This document shows, in pieces, positions 29,466 through 39,238 of a DNA stretch of 64,000 nt (the stretch's first letter is position 1; each line of letters starts with the position of its first letter). Under the pieces are notes generated by a model. That model did not search any database. It worked only from the letters and a program-made list of their open reading frames with translations, and had not been told where the DNA came from. The DNA is from Desulfatiglandales bacterium (GTDB lineage Bacteria > Desulfobacterota > DSM-4660 > Desulfatiglandales > HGW-15). The stretch is taken from assembly GCA_963667015.2 (NCBI GenBank), contig CAXXJJ010000004.1:2816001-2880000 (forward strand), written 5' to 3'. The position numbers were made by a program, and so were the translations under genes.

Positions 29466-30746
29466 ATGGAAGAAAAATCAAAAGTGCTATTTGAACAGGC
29501 GAAAAAATACATCCCCGGCGGCGTTAACAGCCCTGTACGGGCTGGTAAATCCGTAGGAGTTGACCCGCTGTTCATATCAAAGGCAGAGGGCTGCTACCTG
29601 TGGGATGCAGATGGAACAAAATATACAGATTATGTATGCTCCTGGGGTCCAATGATTCTTGGGCACAGTCATCCCGAAGTATTAAAGGCAATAACAGAAA
29701 AACTGCCAATGGGCACCAGTTACGGTGCGCCTACTGCCATTGAAGTGGATATGGCTGAAACCATTATTGAAATGGTCCCTTCCATTGAAATGGTAAGGAT
29801 GGTAAATTCGGGAACAGAGGCTGCAATGAGCGCTATCCGTCTTGCCAGGGGATATACCGGTAGAAATATAATTGTAAAATTTGAAGGGTGTTATCACGGA
29901 CATGCTGACAGCCTTCTTGTTGATGCGGGTAGCGGGGTAGCAACGCTTGGAATCCCGGGCAGCCCCGGTATACCGGAAAAAATAGCCGGGTACACAATGT
30001 CCCTTCCTTTTAATAACCTTGATAATGTCATTAATGCCTTTGAAAAATTCGGAAAAGATATTGCCGCTGTAATTGTTGAACCTGTTCCTGCCAATATGGG
30101 GGTTATAATCCCGGACACCGACTTTCTTAAGGGATTAAGAAAACTTACACAGGAAAACGGTTCTCTTCTTATTTTTGACGAGGTAATAAGCGGATTCAGG
30201 ATAAGTCTTGGTGGTGCCCAACAGTTTTACAATATTATGCCTGATCTCACATGCCTTGGAAAAATTATCGGCGGAGGTCTTCCTGTTGGAGCCTATGGCG
30301 GTAGAAAAGAGATCATGGAGCATATCGCCCCTGATGGCAATATTTATCAGGCGGGAACCCTGTCAGGAAATCCACTTGCAATGGCAGCAGGACTTTCAAC
30401 CCTCAATCTGTTAAAAGACAGTAATATATACAAGGACCTGGAGGCTAAGGGTGACAGGTTTTTCAATGGCCTGAAGGATGCTGCGGAGAATGCAGGTCTT
30501 GATATTGTCATAAACCATATCGGCTCACTCGGCTCCCTGTTCTTTACAGGTGAACCTGTAACCGACTTTGCATCAGCTAAAAAAAGTGACACCGCTTTTT
30601 TCAAGAAGTTTTACAAAAAAATGCGTGAAAAGGGTATTTATCTGGCACCAAGTCCATTTGAGGCATATTTTGTTTCCATTGCCCATGATAATGAAGTAAT
30701 TGACAGGACAATTGAGATAGCATCCGATTGTTTCAGCTGTGCATAA
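29466..30746 (+). CDS. hemL: Glutamate-1-semialdehyde 2,1-aminomutase
   Basis: IPGGVNSPVRA, SWGPMILGH, GCYHGH, LGKIIGGG, QAGTLSGNP. Start moved to ATG 29466 (GGAG upstream). Confidence 0.97.
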   Translation: MEEKSKVLFEQAKKYIPGGVNSPVRAGKSVGVDPLFISKAEGCYLWDADGTKYTDYVCSWGPMILGHSHPEVLKAITEKLPMGTSYGAPTAIEVDMAETIIEMVPSIEMVRMVNSGTEAAMSAIRLARGYTGRNIIVKFEGCYHGHADSLLVDAGSGVATLGIPGSPGIPEKIAGYTMSLPFNNLDNVINAFEKFGKDIAAVIVEPVPANMGVIIPDTDFLKGLRKLTQENGSLLIFDEVISGFRISLGGAQQFYNIMPDLTCLGKIIGGGLPVGAYGGRKEIMEHIAPDGNIYQAGTLSGNPLAMAAGLSTLNLLKDSNIYKDLEAKGDRFFNGLKDAAENAGLDIVINHIGSLGSLFFTGEPVTDFASAKKSDTAFFKKFYKKMREKGIYLAPSPFEAYFVSIAHDNEVIDRTIEIASDCFSCA

Positions 30747-30873
30747 AGTTATAAAGCAATAAACCAAATCAGGGTAATAGCGGCACATGTTTGGCCAAAA
30801 ACCATTGACTTTATAAAAAATTTTGTGATAGATATCGCGTCAAAGAGTTAAAAACAGGAAGAATCCTGATTTT

Positions 30874-31101
30874 ATGGACAATGAGACTAAAAAATTGTTT
30901 CGTACTCTGGGTGTCCTGAGTACGGCAGGAATGGCAATGGCCTTCTCCATTGCAATCGGGGTTCTGGTCGGGTATTATCTTGATCAAAAATTTGATACGG
31001 CACCCTGGCTCTTTATTATTTTCTTGATTTTCGGTATTATCGCGGCCTTTAAAAATCTTTACTATATGTACAAAAAGGCAAAAGAAATTGGCGGCGATTA
31101 A
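30874..31101 (+). CDS. atpZ: AtpZ/AtpI-family small membrane protein
   Basis: GYYLDQKFDTAPW motif; first gene of the F0 operon. Confidence 0.85.
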   Translation: MDNETKKLFRTLGVLSTAGMAMAFSIAIGVLVGYYLDQKFDTAPWLFIIFLIFGIIAAFKNLYYMYKKAKEIGGD

Positions 31102-31489
31102 AATGGAATGGGATGTAATCTATGAAGATCTGAAGACAAAAAACTGGATTATTATCATCCTTTTTTCTTCTATAAGCTTCTTTACATTAAGCCATTCATG
31201 CACTTTAGGCATAATTGTTGGTGGACTGGTCACTACTGCAAATTTTATCTTTCTGCAGCGTACTTTAAAGAAGGCCTTTGGCACTGACTTCAGACGGAAA
31301 ACAAAAAAAATATCGATATTTTTAAAATACTATTTTCGTCTTTTAATTTTAGGCATAATTATCTTTATCCTTTTAAAGTATCAACTGGTAGCACCGGTTG
31401 GCCTGGTAATAGGATTATCAACTGTTGTCGTTGCCATAGCTTTTTTGGGTATATGCATGGCCTTTAAGAAAAAAGGCAAGGAGGCATAA
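31088..31489 (+). CDS. atpI: ATP synthase protein I
   Basis: 4-TM protein with KYYFRL and GLVIGLS, located before atpB. Confidence 0.8.
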   Translation: MAAIKMEWDVIYEDLKTKNWIIIILFSSISFFTLSHSCTLGIIVGGLVTTANFIFLQRTLKKAFGTDFRRKTKKISIFLKYYFRLLILGIIIFILLKYQLVAPVGLVIGLSTVVVAIAFLGICMAFKKKGKEA

Positions 31490-31494
31490 TTAAG

Positions 31495-32187
31495 GTGCAA
31501 GAACATCATTGGTTTTTTATTAACAAACTGCTGGAAAAACTTGGCTATGCCCATTTAGCCCATGAGTATCAGGATGTTACACACTCATTGTTAATTATTT
31601 TAATTATGCTCGTGGGAAGCCTTTTTCTGGCAAGAGGCATTAAGCTGCTCCCGGAAAAGGGACAATCCTTTCTTGAATTCACCGTAGGCAGCCTTGAAGA
31701 CTTTATGGTCAATATCACAGGCCCTGAAGGAAAGGCGTTCTTCCCGTTTATTGCAACACTTTTCCTCTATATTTTAATATGTAATCTTATAGGACTTGTG
31801 CCCGGTTTTTTCTCACCCACAGCGAATTATAACACAACTCTTTCTATGGCTCTTTTAACATTTGTCTACACACATTATATAGGCATAAAATACCATGGGT
31901 TTAAATACATTAAGCATTTTCTGGGCCCTGTTCCGGCTATTGCGCCCATTATGCTGCCTATAGAATTAATTGGTCATCTTGCAAGGGTTATGTCACTTAC
32001 TATAAGACTTTTTGGTAACATTTTCGGCAAGGAAAAAGTTTTAGGCATTCTATTTGCTCTATGGGGTCTTTATCTTGTACCTTTACCGATTATGTTTTTG
32101 GGATTGCTTGTAAGTTTTGTACAGGCCCTTGTATTTATGCTTCTGGCAACAGTATACTTTGCGGGGGCAATGGAAGAGGCACACTAG
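31495..32187 (+). CDS. atpB: F0F1 ATP synthase subunit a
   Basis: NLIGLVPG..SPTAN, SLTIRLFGNI, VQALVFMLL; GTG start. Confidence 0.97.
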   Translation: MQEHHWFFINKLLEKLGYAHLAHEYQDVTHSLLIILIMLVGSLFLARGIKLLPEKGQSFLEFTVGSLEDFMVNITGPEGKAFFPFIATLFLYILICNLIGLVPGFFSPTANYNTTLSMALLTFVYTHYIGIKYHGFKYIKHFLGPVPAIAPIMLPIELIGHLARVMSLTIRLFGNIFGKEKVLGILFALWGLYLVPLPIMFLGLLVSFVQALVFMLLATVYFAGAMEEAH

Positions 32188-32243
32188 ATAATTAAAGAAT
32201 AATTATATTGAATCCATAATAATTAAAAGAAGGGAGATTTTTT

Positions 32244-32612
32244 ATGTCAAAAAGAAATGTTGTGGCAGTTTCAGCCTTTACACTGGTTTCAGTTTTTTCA
32301 TCAATCGCAATGGCATCAGACGGAGGAGCCTCGGCTTCATCAGGACTGTGGATCTATTTTGGAATAGCTATTGCCTGCGGTCTTGCAATTGGAATAGCAG
32401 CCTTTGGAACAGGCCTTGGAATGGGTAATGCCATTAATGGTGCAATGCAGGGTGTTTCCCGTAACCCTGAAGCCGGCGGCAGAATTTTTACCATGCTCAT
32501 ACTTGGTCTCGCTCTTATTGAGTCCCTTTGTATTTATGCTCTTCTTGTCTGCTTCCTTATGATCTTTAAGATTCCTGCAGCAGAAGAAATTCTGAAGTTA
32601 CTCGGAGCTTAA
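32244..32612 (+). CDS. atpE: F0F1 ATP synthase subunit c with N-terminal extension
   Basis: G-x-G-x-G helix, RNPEA loop, IESL.IY. Met at the position of the Na+-binding Gln suggests H+ coupling (inference). Confidence 0.96.
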   Translation: MSKRNVVAVSAFTLVSVFSSIAMASDGGASASSGLWIYFGIAIACGLAIGIAAFGTGLGMGNAINGAMQGVSRNPEAGGRIFTMLILGLALIESLCIYALLVCFLMIFKIPAAEEILKLLGA

Positions 32613-32630
32613 TTCCACAATTGAACGAAT

Positions 32631-32669
32631 AAGAAGGTACTGTATCAAATTATAGTACCTTCTTTTTTT
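32631..32669 (+). terminator. Rho-independent terminator of the atp F0 operon
   Basis: aagaaggtactgta-tcaaat-tatagtaccttctttttttt. Confidence 0.8.
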
Positions 32670-32678
32670 CGTCTTGCT

Positions 32679-32696
32679 TTGTGCAAATATTCACAA
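32679..32696. promoter_or_regulatory. Rex operator upstream of rex paralogue 2
   Basis: TTGTGCAAATATTCACAA, one mismatch to the consensus TTGTGAAnnnnTTCACAA, 25 bp before the ATG at 32722. Confidence 0.8.
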
Positions 32697-32721
32697 GGCA
32701 TTGATTTCAGAGGATTATTTG

Positions 32722-33357
32722 ATGGGAAAAGGTATCAAGATCCCTGATGTTACAATTGAAAGAGTCGCACTTTACCTGAGACCTCTTGAAGATTTTGAGA
32801 AAAGCGGCGGGAATGTAATTTCATCCGATAAACTCGCTGAACTATGCAATGTCAACCCCGCCCAGGTAAGAAAAGATCTTTCTTTTTTTGGTGAATTCGG
32901 GGTAAGGGGTGTCGGTTACCAGGTAAGTGAATTACTTAAAGAAATCAAAAAGATACTCGCATCAGACAGAGAATGGATGCTGGGGATCGCCGGTCTTGAT
33001 GATATTGGCATGGCACTTGTCCAGCATAAAAACTTTTTGCACCGGGGCTATATATTCATGGCGGCATTTGATTCCAACCCCCGCAATATCGGTAAACATC
33101 TTCCAATGGGTCTGGTAGTCCAACCGCTTTCAAAACTCAAAGAATCAGCGATGGATCTATCTCTTGAAATAGGCATAATAGCCACACCGGCTTCTGAAGC
33201 CCAGAAGACAGCTGATCTCTTTTTTGACGCTGGCATACTTGCCATCCTGAATTTCTCAGCGACCCATCTTCGTAAACCTGACTGCTGCCTCGTGCAGAAT
33301 GTGGATTTCACATTCAACCTGGATCATCTTGCCTACCGCTTGAACAAAAAGAAATAG
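32722..33357 (+). CDS. rex: Rex paralogue 2 with degenerate Rossmann motif
   Basis: IPDVTIERVALY, AQVRKDLSFFGEFG.RGVGY; GLDDIG replaces GxGxxG. Start moved to ATG 32722 (GAGGA upstream). Confidence 0.9.
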   Translation: MGKGIKIPDVTIERVALYLRPLEDFEKSGGNVISSDKLAELCNVNPAQVRKDLSFFGEFGVRGVGYQVSELLKEIKKILASDREWMLGIAGLDDIGMALVQHKNFLHRGYIFMAAFDSNPRNIGKHLPMGLVVQPLSKLKESAMDLSLEIGIIATPASEAQKTADLFFDAGILAILNFSATHLRKPDCCLVQNVDFTFNLDHLAYRLNKKK

Positions 33358-33778
33358 ACTTATACAACAATTCAATGCGAATACAATGTCCGCTCTGCGA
33401 GGAGAAGAGGCGTATATATCCTTGACTCCCTTTGCCTGCTTAAGCCTGCTATCCCTATTTTTAGACCTCTTTCAGAATGAGGCCAATATTTCATAATATT
33501 TAGTAGTTTACTATTGACAAAAGGAGCATTATTAGCGATTTAATCAAGGGATATTAATAACCTGGGATATAAATCGTTTAAGATTTAGCAACAGATATCA
33601 ATCCTGCGTAACCTGATTATCTATGTTGTTTTTGCCCGCCTCGAGTTGATGCTGCAAAGCCTTCTGATTAACTATAAATCAACATTGGGATGGGGATTTG
33701 ATTTTAATATGGATTATATCCACCCTGCATTATGAATCAATATCAGGGTCGGACAGAAATTTAATAAACACTAGCTTT

Positions 33779-36700
33779 GATTTACGATAAAAAAAAGGAA
33801 TATTTGAAAGGAAGAGATATGGAAAAGGTATATTCGAGTTTAACGAATGAGGGCCCTATATCGGTAACCGTAAAAGACGGAAAGGTTACAAGGGTACGAC
33901 CTCTGATCATGGATGAGAAGGATTTCAGGCCATGGACAATAGAGGCAGATGGAAAGCAGTATTCACCGCCGCTGAAGGCGAACCTGGCGCCGTTTGTACA
34001 TGCAGAAAGAACAAGACTGTACTCAGCAGACAGGATCAAATATCCCATGAAAAGGGTGGACTTTGATCCGAACGGAGAAAGAAATCCTCAGAACAGAGGC
34101 AAATCAGGATACGAAAGAATAAGCTGGGAAGAAGCATTAGATATTACAGCGAATGAGATCAAAAGAATCAGGGAAGAGCACGGCGGAGCGGCAATTACCG
34201 GCTTGACCTCATCTCACCATAACTGGGGTATAGTTGGATACAAAATGGGACCGTTCCCGAGATTTATGGACATGCTGGAGTACACCCCTGTACTTGACAA
34301 CCCCGACAGCTGGGAAGGCTGGCACTGGGGAGCCACCCATGCCTGGGGATTTTTCTGGCGCCTTGGCATGCCGGAACAGTACGACCTTCTTGAAGACTCC
34401 ATGAAAAACGCAGAGATGATCGTCTTCTGGTCCAACGACCCCGATACAACAAGGGCAATCTACTGCGGCCAGGATTCGGTAATATGGAGACAGTGGCTGA
34501 AGGAAAAGGGAGTAAAGATGGTATTCCTTGATCCTTATTTTAACTACACAGCCGCTCATATGGACGGAACATGGTTCCCGCTCAATCCCGACTCAAACGC
34601 AGCCCTTGCACTTGCAATAGCCTTTACCTGGATCGAAGAAGACACCTACGACAAGGACTATGTAGAAAACAGGACCTCAGGATTTGACGAGTTCAAAAAA
34701 TACGTAATGGGAGAAGAAGACGGAGTACCCAAGACACCCGAATGGGCAGCAGAGGAATCAGGTATACCTGCCCGAAGAATCAGGGCACTGGCAAGAGAAT
34801 GGGCAGCAAAAAATACCGTTCTTGCAGCAGGAACCAGAGGCGGCGAGGGTGGCGCATGCAGAACAGCCTACGGAACAGAATGGGCAAGACTGATGGTTCT
34901 CCTTCAGGCCATGCAGGGACTTGGCAAGGCAGGAAACACCATATGGGGAACCGCAATGGGATGTCCGGCTGATACCAGCTTTTATGTGCCCGGATACGCA
35001 GACCTTGACACCAGAATGGCCATAACAAGGGCAGCCAGAACCAAGATCACCAACCCGACACAGCAGAGACTCTACAGACTGACCCTTCCGGATGCCATAT
35101 TGAACTCCGAACTCAGCTGGACAGGAGCAGGCTTCTGCGGACAGTCCCTGGAACAGCAGTTCCAGAAATTTACATATCCCATGGAAGGCTACCCTGAGAT
35201 TAAAATGTTCTACCGCTACGGCGGAAGTTTTATAGGCACCATGAGCGATACAAACAAATGGGTAAAAATGTATCAGAGCCCTAAGTTAGAGTTTGTGGTA
35301 AACCAGGACTGCTGGTACTGCAGTGAAACCAACTTTGCAGACATCATCTTCCCTGCCTGTACGGCCCTTGAAAGGGATGACTGGGGAGAATGGGGAGCCG
35401 CAGGCGGATACAGCAACCACGGGAACAACGGATGTAACTACAGGATAATAGTACGTCAGCAGAAGGCTATTGATCCCCTGTGGGAATCAAAACCCGACTA
35501 TGAGATTCTTACACTCCTTGCTGATAAACTGGGCATGAAGGATCTTTACACAGACGGCGGAAGAACGGATATGGACTGGTGCAAGGCCTATTACGAGATA
35601 TCAGACCTTCCCAAGATTATGAGTTGGGAAGAGTTTGACAAGAAGGGTTATATAGTAATAAGCCCCGGGGAAGATTACAAACCCACCCCTGCATTGCGCT
35701 GGTTCGCAGAAGGCCGTGCCTGTGACACGCCTGACTCAATGAACCCGAAAAGGGGTAAGGATAATGCCAGTGAGCTCTCCACCTACACTGGAAAGATAGA
35801 GTTTGCATCAGAGAGCCTGCGTAAGAACACCCCGGACGACAATGAAAGACCGGTTGTTCCACATTATATTGAATCCTGGGAAGGTCACAAGAGCGCAATC
35901 AGAGATAAATATCCTCTCATGATAATAAGCCCCCATCCAAGGTTTACCTTTCATACCCAGTATGACAAGCACACAGACTGGCTGAATGATATCCCGACCC
36001 ACCGCATAGTAAAGGATGATTATCCTTACTGGCCGGTAAGGATCAATCCGGTTGATGCTGCACCGCGTGATATCAGCAACAATGATATAGTAAAGCTTTA
36101 CAATGACCGTGGAACGGTTCTGTGTATAGCGGTACTGTCAGAAAGGGTGCCCCCTGGAACTGTTCACAGCTACGGGTCGGCAGCAACCTATGATCCGCTG
36201 GAACCTGGCAAACCAGGCTCAGTAGACAGGGGAGGATGTATAAATATCCTCACATCATCCACGATGATGTCTAAAAACGTACCGGGCATGACCCCCAACT
36301 CATGTCTTATAGAAATTGGAAAATGGGAGGGTTAATAAAATGGCCAGATATGGAATGGTAATAGATATAAACAAGTGTAACGGCTGCTATAACTGCTTTC
36401 TGGCATGTAAGGATGAATTTGCAGGTAATGATTATCTTCCTTACTCAGTAGCACTGCCCAATAATGCAAGACCGTTTATGAAAATGACCGAGAAGGAGAT
36501 GGGCAAGTGTCCGAAGGTTAAGGTAGACTATGTACCCCAGCCCTGTTTCCAGTGCCAGGACGCACAGTGTGTGAAGATGGCAACAAACGGAGAGGTCTAC
36601 AGGCGCCCTGACGGTATAGTGGTAATAGATCCTGAGAAGGCAAAGGGTAAGAGAGAGATAGTAAGCTACTGTCCTCACAGGGTAATCTCCTATAACGAGG

Positions 36701-37158
36701 CAGCAGATGTTGCCCAGAAGTGTAACTTCTGTGTACATCTTCTTGAGAACGGGGCAAAGGAGCCCAGGTGTGTTGAGGCATGTCCCAGTGGAGCCCTTAT
36801 GTTTGGAGATCTTGATGATCCAGCGAGCGAGATCTCAAAGAACATGGCCTCTGCATCAACCCAGGAGCTTAATCCTGCATATGGTCTCAGGCCTAATGTA
36901 GTATACAGGAATCTTCCGGGCAGGCTGATAGCCGGAGAGGTTGTCTTTGCTGACAGTCAGGAATGTGCAAAGGATGCAAAGGTAACGCTTGCGTGTGACA
37001 ATGGTGAGCTTACCACCACAACAGACTTCTTTGGGGATTTTGAGTTCAAGGGCCTTGAGGCTGACAAGTGCTTCAAGATTACCGTTGAGCTTGACGGTTA
37101 TAAAACTCAGACTATCGATGTCAAAACAGACACCGATAAAAATATAGGAGAGGTTTTA
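33779..37158 (+). repeat. Left arm of ~3.4 kb near-identical inverted repeat
   Basis: Reverse complement of 54313-57691; the ORF-track translations match. Confidence 0.97.
33819..36335 (+). CDS. Molybdopterin oxidoreductase, pyrogallol-phloroglucinol transhydroxylase large subunit (AthL)-like
   Basis: YPMKRVDFDPNGERNPQNRG, SSHHNWG, NPDSWEGWHWG (Ser Mo ligand), LGMPEQYDLLED, GGACR, PHPRFTFH; no N-terminal Fe-S motif or Tat signal. These match my recollection of Pelobacter acidigallici AthL. Confidence 0.88.
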   Translation: MEKVYSSLTNEGPISVTVKDGKVTRVRPLIMDEKDFRPWTIEADGKQYSPPLKANLAPFVHAERTRLYSADRIKYPMKRVDFDPNGERNPQNRGKSGYERISWEEALDITANEIKRIREEHGGAAITGLTSSHHNWGIVGYKMGPFPRFMDMLEYTPVLDNPDSWEGWHWGATHAWGFFWRLGMPEQYDLLEDSMKNAEMIVFWSNDPDTTRAIYCGQDSVIWRQWLKEKGVKMVFLDPYFNYTAAHMDGTWFPLNPDSNAALALAIAFTWIEEDTYDKDYVENRTSGFDEFKKYVMGEEDGVPKTPEWAAEESGIPARRIRALAREWAAKNTVLAAGTRGGEGGACRTAYGTEWARLMVLLQAMQGLGKAGNTIWGTAMGCPADTSFYVPGYADLDTRMAITRAARTKITNPTQQRLYRLTLPDAILNSELSWTGAGFCGQSLEQQFQKFTYPMEGYPEIKMFYRYGGSFIGTMSDTNKWVKMYQSPKLEFVVNQDCWYCSETNFADIIFPACTALERDDWGEWGAAGGYSNHGNNGCNYRIIVRQQKAIDPLWESKPDYEILTLLADKLGMKDLYTDGGRTDMDWCKAYYEISDLPKIMSWEEFDKKGYIVISPGEDYKPTPALRWFAEGRACDTPDSMNPKRGKDNASELSTYTGKIEFASESLRKNTPDDNERPVVPHYIESWEGHKSAIRDKYPLMIISPHPRFTFHTQYDKHTDWLNDIPTHRIVKDDYPYWPVRINPVDAAPRDISNNDIVKLYNDRGTVLCIAVLSERVPPGTVHSYGSAATYDPLEPGKPGSVDRGGCINILTSSTMMSKNVPGMTPNSCLIEIGKWEG

Positions 37159-37173
37159 ATCGCATGTAACTAG
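36340..37173 (+). CDS. Transhydroxylase small subunit (BthL)-like 4Fe-4S protein
   Basis: CNGCYNCFLACKDE, CFQCQDAQC, CP, CNFC...PRCVEACP, C-terminal beta-sandwich (TDFFGDFEF). Confidence 0.88.
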   Translation: MARYGMVIDINKCNGCYNCFLACKDEFAGNDYLPYSVALPNNARPFMKMTEKEMGKCPKVKVDYVPQPCFQCQDAQCVKMATNGEVYRRPDGIVVIDPEKAKGKREIVSYCPHRVISYNEAADVAQKCNFCVHLLENGAKEPRCVEACPSGALMFGDLDDPASEISKNMASASTQELNPAYGLRPNVVYRNLPGRLIAGEVVFADSQECAKDAKVTLACDNGELTTTTDFFGDFEFKGLEADKCFKITVELDGYKTQTIDVKTDTDKNIGEVLIACN

Positions 37174-37230
37174 GTTCTTATCATACATGCGGATTTGAAA
37201 GAGAATGCCTCTTTAATAATCAGTAAGAAG

Positions 37231-37260
37231 AAAGGCCGGTTGGATAACAACCGGCCTTTT
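37231..37260. terminator. Bidirectional rho-independent terminator
   Basis: aaaggccggttg-gataa-caaccggcctttt between convergent genes. Confidence 0.85.
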
Positions 37261-37297
37261 ATATTTTAATAATCCTGATTATTAGAACTACATCCGT

Positions 37298-38692
37298 TTA
37301 CCAGAAAAACATTTCCCTTTTTACAGAAGCCGGTTTCATGCCCGGATATTTTTTAAGGGCAGCTAATACAAATACCTGCATTTGCTGAGGTCCGCAGAGA
37401 TAAACAGATGAATCATCTCCCTTAATATACTTTTCAATATTTTTTTCATTCATCCGTCCATATTCATACACAAAATTATCACTTTGAAGAACTTCACTTT
37501 CCTTTCCCGGTTCAGGTTTTTTCTCTCTTGTTAAAATAATTATTATTTTAAGTCTGCCTTTCAGCTCCGTGAATATTTTTTCCAGTTCATCCTTTGCTAT
37601 AATGTCTTCGCGTGTCTTTAAAGACCATAAAAGCGTTACATCACAGTCCTCTTTCGTCTTATTGATATGACGCAGAATACTTAAAAATGGAGTAACACCC
37701 ACACCTCCGGCGATGAGCACCAGTTTTTTTTCCCGCTTAAAATGAGGATAAAAAATTCCATAGGGTCCCTCACACAAAACCTTTGTACCTTTTTCAAGCG
37801 AATGTATGCCGGAGGTAAACTTGCCAGTCTTTTTTATGGTTAATGAAAATCCGTCTGACCCGGGTTCGGATGAGATTGTAAAAGGCCTTGGTTCACTCCA
37901 TTTTCCGGATTTAAAATACCTTATCACTGCAAACTGACCCGGCAGCCTTTGTCTGAAAGAGTCAATAGCCCCCTCTCTTTTAAAATAAAAGGTATTTGTA
38001 TCATGGGTTTCCTTTTCAGCATCCGAAAGACTCCATATGAAATGTTCCTTCCGTTTGTACAGGTAATGCATCCGGTAAATAAAGGAAATTAAAAATATGC
38101 CTGAAAGGACGTAGAATATAATATTATATGGGAATTCTATAATATCATCCCCTTTAATAACTGCATGGGTAAATCCGATGGGTATAGCCGCATAAAGTAT
38201 AAAATGAAAAGGCTTCCAGAAATTATATGGAATAAAATATCTGCCCAGTTTGGCCAGCCCGGCTGCAACTATGACCCCTGCCAGTGCAATTTTCCCAAGG
38301 CTCAGTCCTATATCATCTGCATTTATATGCAGGAGAAACGGCCATTGCCAGCCGTCCGGAGATAACAGTGACGCCTTTACAAAACGCAGTATTGCATGGG
38401 AGATAAAAAGAATTATTACAACGGGTCCTGCCAGGATATGGAACCTCATTAATCTGTCAAGCCCGAAGGTCTTTTCTATTATGGGGAATCGCATGCCTGT
38501 AAGCACCATAATAATAAATATGGATATACCTATAAGCGCACACAGGTTTCCAACCGCTCCGGAAAAATAGGCTAAACTGCTGTCGAGTTTTGACCAGCGA
38601 TGAACAAACCAGGCAATGGTTACTATAAGCGAAGGCAATATTGCTATAAGCAGTGTTAAAGATCGTCTGGATGCATGTATCATCGTTATCAC
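37298..38692 (-). CDS. Ferric reductase-like transmembrane + FAD/NAD(P)-binding oxidoreductase
   Basis: TM region with His pairs (RFH, SHA, FH, THA), RPFTISS, EGPYG, AGGVGVTP, LCGP. Confidence 0.9.
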   Translation of the reverse strand: MITMIHASRRSLTLLIAILPSLIVTIAWFVHRWSKLDSSLAYFSGAVGNLCALIGISIFIIMVLTGMRFPIIEKTFGLDRLMRFHILAGPVVIILFISHAILRFVKASLLSPDGWQWPFLLHINADDIGLSLGKIALAGVIVAAGLAKLGRYFIPYNFWKPFHFILYAAIPIGFTHAVIKGDDIIEFPYNIIFYVLSGIFLISFIYRMHYLYKRKEHFIWSLSDAEKETHDTNTFYFKREGAIDSFRQRLPGQFAVIRYFKSGKWSEPRPFTISSEPGSDGFSLTIKKTGKFTSGIHSLEKGTKVLCEGPYGIFYPHFKREKKLVLIAGGVGVTPFLSILRHINKTKEDCDVTLLWSLKTREDIIAKDELEKIFTELKGRLKIIIILTREKKPEPGKESEVLQSDNFVYEYGRMNEKNIEKYIKGDDSSVYLCGPQQMQVFVLAALKKYPGMKPASVKREMFFW

Positions 38693-38779
38693 CTTTCTTT
38701 TAATTTATTCCTGCAATTGTTGTGTATCGGTGTTTTAAGACAGAATTTTATTTTACCTGATAAGCTTCCCCCTGTCCTT

Positions 38780-39238
38780 TCAGAACTGATCAATTTTAAT
38801 AGATATGGTTATTTTGAGATTTATCGGTATCTCAACCGGTTTTTCATTGTTGTAAACAAAACTGACCGGTGCAGTTTTTACTGAAATTTCCTTTTTATCT
38901 TCATTTGGCTTTGCAGATGCCCTGGGTTTTGCCCCTTTCACATTTTGTCCCCTTTCCCATACCAGGTAGTCATTGTAATACCTGGTAGCCCATTCGTCAG
39001 AATTATCAATAGATTCAGCCTTGCACATAAAAACGGACTCTCTCCCTTTAGCAACCCTTACCTTCAATATATCTGAGACATCTTTGTTATCCATTATGAA
39101 TGCCTTCAATCTCGAAGTGTGATAGCTGATTCCACTACGCTTTATGCTCCCTGCAATCTCTTTTGATGAGAATTCCACCATCCTGTTATCAAGCAGGAAC
39201 TTAAGTATCATCCTCATGGTTGGCTCTTTTTTTTCCAT
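38780..39238 (-). CDS. Hypothetical protein (possible N-terminal wHTH)
   Basis: 152 aa ORF preceded by GGGAGGG RBS. Confidence 0.6.
   Translation of the reverse strand: MEKKEPTMRMILKFLLDNRMVEFSSKEIAGSIKRSGISYHTSRLKAFIMDNKDVSDILKVRVAKGRESVFMCKAESIDNSDEWATRYYNDYLVWERGQNVKGAKPRASAKPNEDKKEISVKTAPVSFVYNNEKPVEIPINLKITISIKIDQF

Noticed and set aside
30874..32612. ATP synthase operon lacking atpF/H/A/G/D/C
   Set aside because: Split F0 and F1 operons are normal in deltaproteobacterial lineages.
33543..33818. Moco/tungsten riboswitch call for the leader of the Mo enzyme
   Set aside because: I could not match the conserved Moco RNA elements by eye; left as an Infernal check only.
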